Notes under the pieces: generated by a model
Database searches by the model: none
Told to the model about the DNA's origin: nothing
Seen by the model: only the letters and a program-made list of their open reading frames with translations
Made by a program: the position numbers and the translations under genes
Shown here: positions 62,111-64,000 of the stretch, in pieces
Numbering within the stretch: the stretch's first letter is position 1
Layout of the letters: the number at the start of each line of letters is the position of its first letter
DNA from: Deltaproteobacteria bacterium
GTDB taxonomy: Bacteria; JAGRBM01; JAHCIT01
Direction: 5' to 3'
Assembly (NCBI GenBank): GCA_026129095.1
Contig: JAHCIT010000001.1
Span: 434,245 to 498,244, forward strand
Length of the DNA: 64,000 nucleotides

Positions 62111-62388
62111 GGATTTTCTCCTTTGTCGGGTGGTTCAGGGGTCTCGCAGCTATCAAAAAGCTCGCAGCAGCGGGCCCAGAAAGCCGGCGGAGGAGGCCAC
62201 GAGCCGCGCAAGTGGAAAACGCAATAGGCCATGTTCTCGTTGAAGTCCCCGCACATGAAGACATGCCCGAGCAGGCACAGATCGGCGGCGACGGCCCGGC
62301 AGTCGAGGGTGTCGCAGTTGTACACGGCCGGGAGCTCCGGCAGGGAACACGCAGCGGCGAATATTATGCCCATGACTGTTCGTCTCAT
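62107..62388 (-). CDS. Small Cys-rich putative lipoprotein
   Basis: MRRTVMGIIFAAAC lipobox-like start; 8 further Cys; PPPP. Confidence 0.5.
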   Translation of the reverse strand: MRRTVMGIIFAAACSLPELPAVYNCDTLDCRAVAADLCLLGHVFMCGDFNENMAYCVFHLRGSWPPPPAFWARCCELFDSCETPEPPDKGENP

Positions 62389-62401
62389 CTCATCTCGATC
62401 C

Positions 62402-63583
62402 TCATGCGAATGGTGGTGCAGGGGGTTTCCAAATCGTGTATTCGAAGCGGTAGCAGCGTATCTGGGCGTTGCTGCCGTCGATCACGGCGACGTCGGTGCC
62501 ATTAAGGGCCGTCAGCACGGCATAGCCGCTGGTGATGGAGTAGGCTGTCCCGGCACCAACCTGCGCCCACGTGGATCCGTTGAAACGATAGGTCCGGAGC
62601 TCGTCATTCCCGGTATCGAGGAATGCGACGTCGGTCCCATTGAGCGCCGCTATCCCGAAGCTCGTGCCGAGCCCTGTGATGCCGAGCCCGCTCCCAACCT
62701 GCGCCCACGTGGATCCGTTGAAACGATAGGTCCGGAGTTCGCCGTTGCCCTCATCGATCATGCTGACGTCGGTGGGGTTCAATGCCGCGAGACGGGTCGA
62801 TGAGGTAACGCCGCTGATGCCGAGTGCACTGCCGAGCAGAGTCGCCTCTCCGGTCGTCAGATTGATCTGGTAGCAGCGGAGTTCCGCTGTGCCGCTGTCG
62901 AGAAGGGCAACATGGGTTCCGTCGAGAGCGGATATTGACGGGGACGAAACACCAGGGATTGACGTCCCGCTGCCAACCAGTGACCAGGTGCTCCCGTTCC
63001 ACCGGTATACCCGGAGCGAAGCATTGTTCCCGTCGATCATGGCGACGTCGGTGCCATTGATCGCCGCCAGCGCGGTCCCCGAGGCAACCGCTGCGATGCT
63101 GAGCCCGCTCCCAACCTGCGCCCACGTGGATCCGTTGAATCGGTAGGTCCGGATCTCGTCATTCCCGGCGTCGAGGAATGCGACATCCCTTCCGTTAAGC
63201 GCCGTCATCGACGGCTGGGTAACACCAGATACGCCTAGACCGCTCCCCACGATGGCGGCCCGGCCCCACACCGGTTGCTCCAGGTGGCGCTTCGTCACCG
63301 GATGCACGGGCAGCGTGGGATCTCCGGCGAGCACTAGCGGCCCGGTCATGGTGCCGCCGGCCTTCAGCAGTGCGAGCCCGCCGATCATCGCCTCGACCGC
63401 AGCCGCGAGCTGGGTGTTGTCCGCTTTCGAGAGCGTGATGCCCATCTCCTCGATCAGATGACACAGCTCCTCCTGCAGGGCGTTCAGGAAATCGGCCGTG
63501 ATCTCGGTCCCTTTCAGGGCCGGCGGGCTATTCCGGCTGTGCAGGTTCCCCTCGGTGCGCCTCGCGCCGTCGGTCCGGTGCAT
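62402..63583 (-). CDS. Mu gp49-like tail fibre with six-repeat beta-propeller head
   Basis: MHRTDG...TADFLNALQEEL...DNTQL N-terminus, GGTMTG shaft motif, six ~46-aa ALNGTDVA.LD.GN.ELR.YRFNGSTW repeats. Confidence 0.85.
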   Translation of the reverse strand: MHRTDGARRTEGNLHSRNSPPALKGTEITADFLNALQEELCHLIEEMGITLSKADNTQLAAAVEAMIGGLALLKAGGTMTGPLVLAGDPTLPVHPVTKRHLEQPVWGRAAIVGSGLGVSGVTQPSMTALNGRDVAFLDAGNDEIRTYRFNGSTWAQVGSGLSIAAVASGTALAAINGTDVAMIDGNNASLRVYRWNGSTWSLVGSGTSIPGVSSPSISALDGTHVALLDSGTAELRCYQINLTTGEATLLGSALGISGVTSSTRLAALNPTDVSMIDEGNGELRTYRFNGSTWAQVGSGLGITGLGTSFGIAALNGTDVAFLDTGNDELRTYRFNGSTWAQVGAGTAYSITSGYAVLTALNGTDVAVIDGSNAQIRCYRFEYTIWKPPAPPFA

Positions 63584-63585
63584 CG

Positions 63586-64000
63586 TTACTCCTCCTCGTC
63601 TTCTTCGGCCGGCGCGAACAGCAGCACGGTATGCGCCGGGGCCAGCCGGGCGAACAGGCACGGCAGGATCTCGTTATCGGCCCAGGTGAGCGGCTCCCCG
63701 GCGCAGGCCTCACCGGCGTTCGCCGTCCGGATGAGGTCGCCCACCCCGTGGACGCGCCAGACGTGTGCCCATTCGGCGTCCCACTCCGGATCGCCGATTT
63801 CGTCCGGATCCTCATACCCAGCCGGGAAGGTCTCGATGGTGATCTCGAAACCCAGACGTGCGGCCACCTCGATCAGGTACGCTTTCGACTGCCCGCCGTC
63901 CGCGAGGTCCGCCGCCCAGGCCGCCTCGCGCCGCTGCGCGAACGTCTGCTCCTGGGTGATGCAGGGGCCCGGCAACCCAAACACCCGCTCGAAGTCCAGG
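63586..64000 (-). CDS. Mu gp48-like baseplate protein (DUF2313/YmfQ), 5' truncated
   Basis: FER.FGLP..C, GGQS.AY.I..A..LG..ITI, W.H.W.V, C.E.L, C...RLAPAHT. Confidence 0.9.
   Translation of the reverse strand, partial: LDFERVFGLPGPCITQEQTFAQRREAAWAADLADGGQSKAYLIEVAARLGFEITIETFPAGYEDPDEIGDPEWDAEWAHVWRVHGVGDLIRTANAGEACAGEPLTWADNEILPCLFARLAPAHTVLLFAPAEEDEEE

Larger units (their letters stand above)
58394..64000 (-). mobile_element. Right end of a Mu-like transposable prophage (continues beyond window)
   Basis: TG terminus plus three direct repeats; gene order gp48/DUF2313, tail fibre, small ORFs, DNA adenine methylase, end; visibly more GC-rich than the host part. Confidence 0.85.

Noticed and set aside
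62556-63139. DGR template/variable repeat pair in the tail fibre
   Set aside because: All copies are in frame within one gene, differences are not adenine-restricted, and no reverse transcriptase is in the window

Overview
Bacterial chromosomal segment whose gene content resembles Myxococcota/deltaproteobacterial genomes (inference from CdnL-IspD-IspF, a giant gliding-type TPR protein, plant-like ThrC/MetB and sigma54/IHF promoters). Positions 1 to about 58390 are host genes: split NAD synthetase, cobalamin-riboswitch-controlled TonB receptor plus surface lipoprotein, mreB, thrC-metB, ihfB, OmpA-family protein, cytochrome oxidase subunits III/IV, moeA, pepA, GGDEF-PilZ, serS, trmL, rpsU-ogt-yqeY, a 2257-aa TPR protein, mgtE, M16 peptidase, a two-component system with lipase, pstS with Pho box, gcdH, mlaC, and carD-ispD-ispF-WYL. 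From 58394 to the window end lies the right end of a Mu-like transposable prophage on the minus strand: TG terminus with three 20-bp repeats, frameshifted D12-class adenine methyltransferase, a structured leader, small ORFs, a beta-propeller tail fibre and gp48/DUF2313. The most notable observations are an apparently circularly permuted homogentisate-dioxygenase-like enzyme, a Com-less and possibly RNA-controlled methylase module at the phage end, the propeller tail fibre with identical DNA repeats, and an AT-hook-bearing WYL regulator in the carD-ispDF operon. All calls come from motif recognition by eye; no searches were run.
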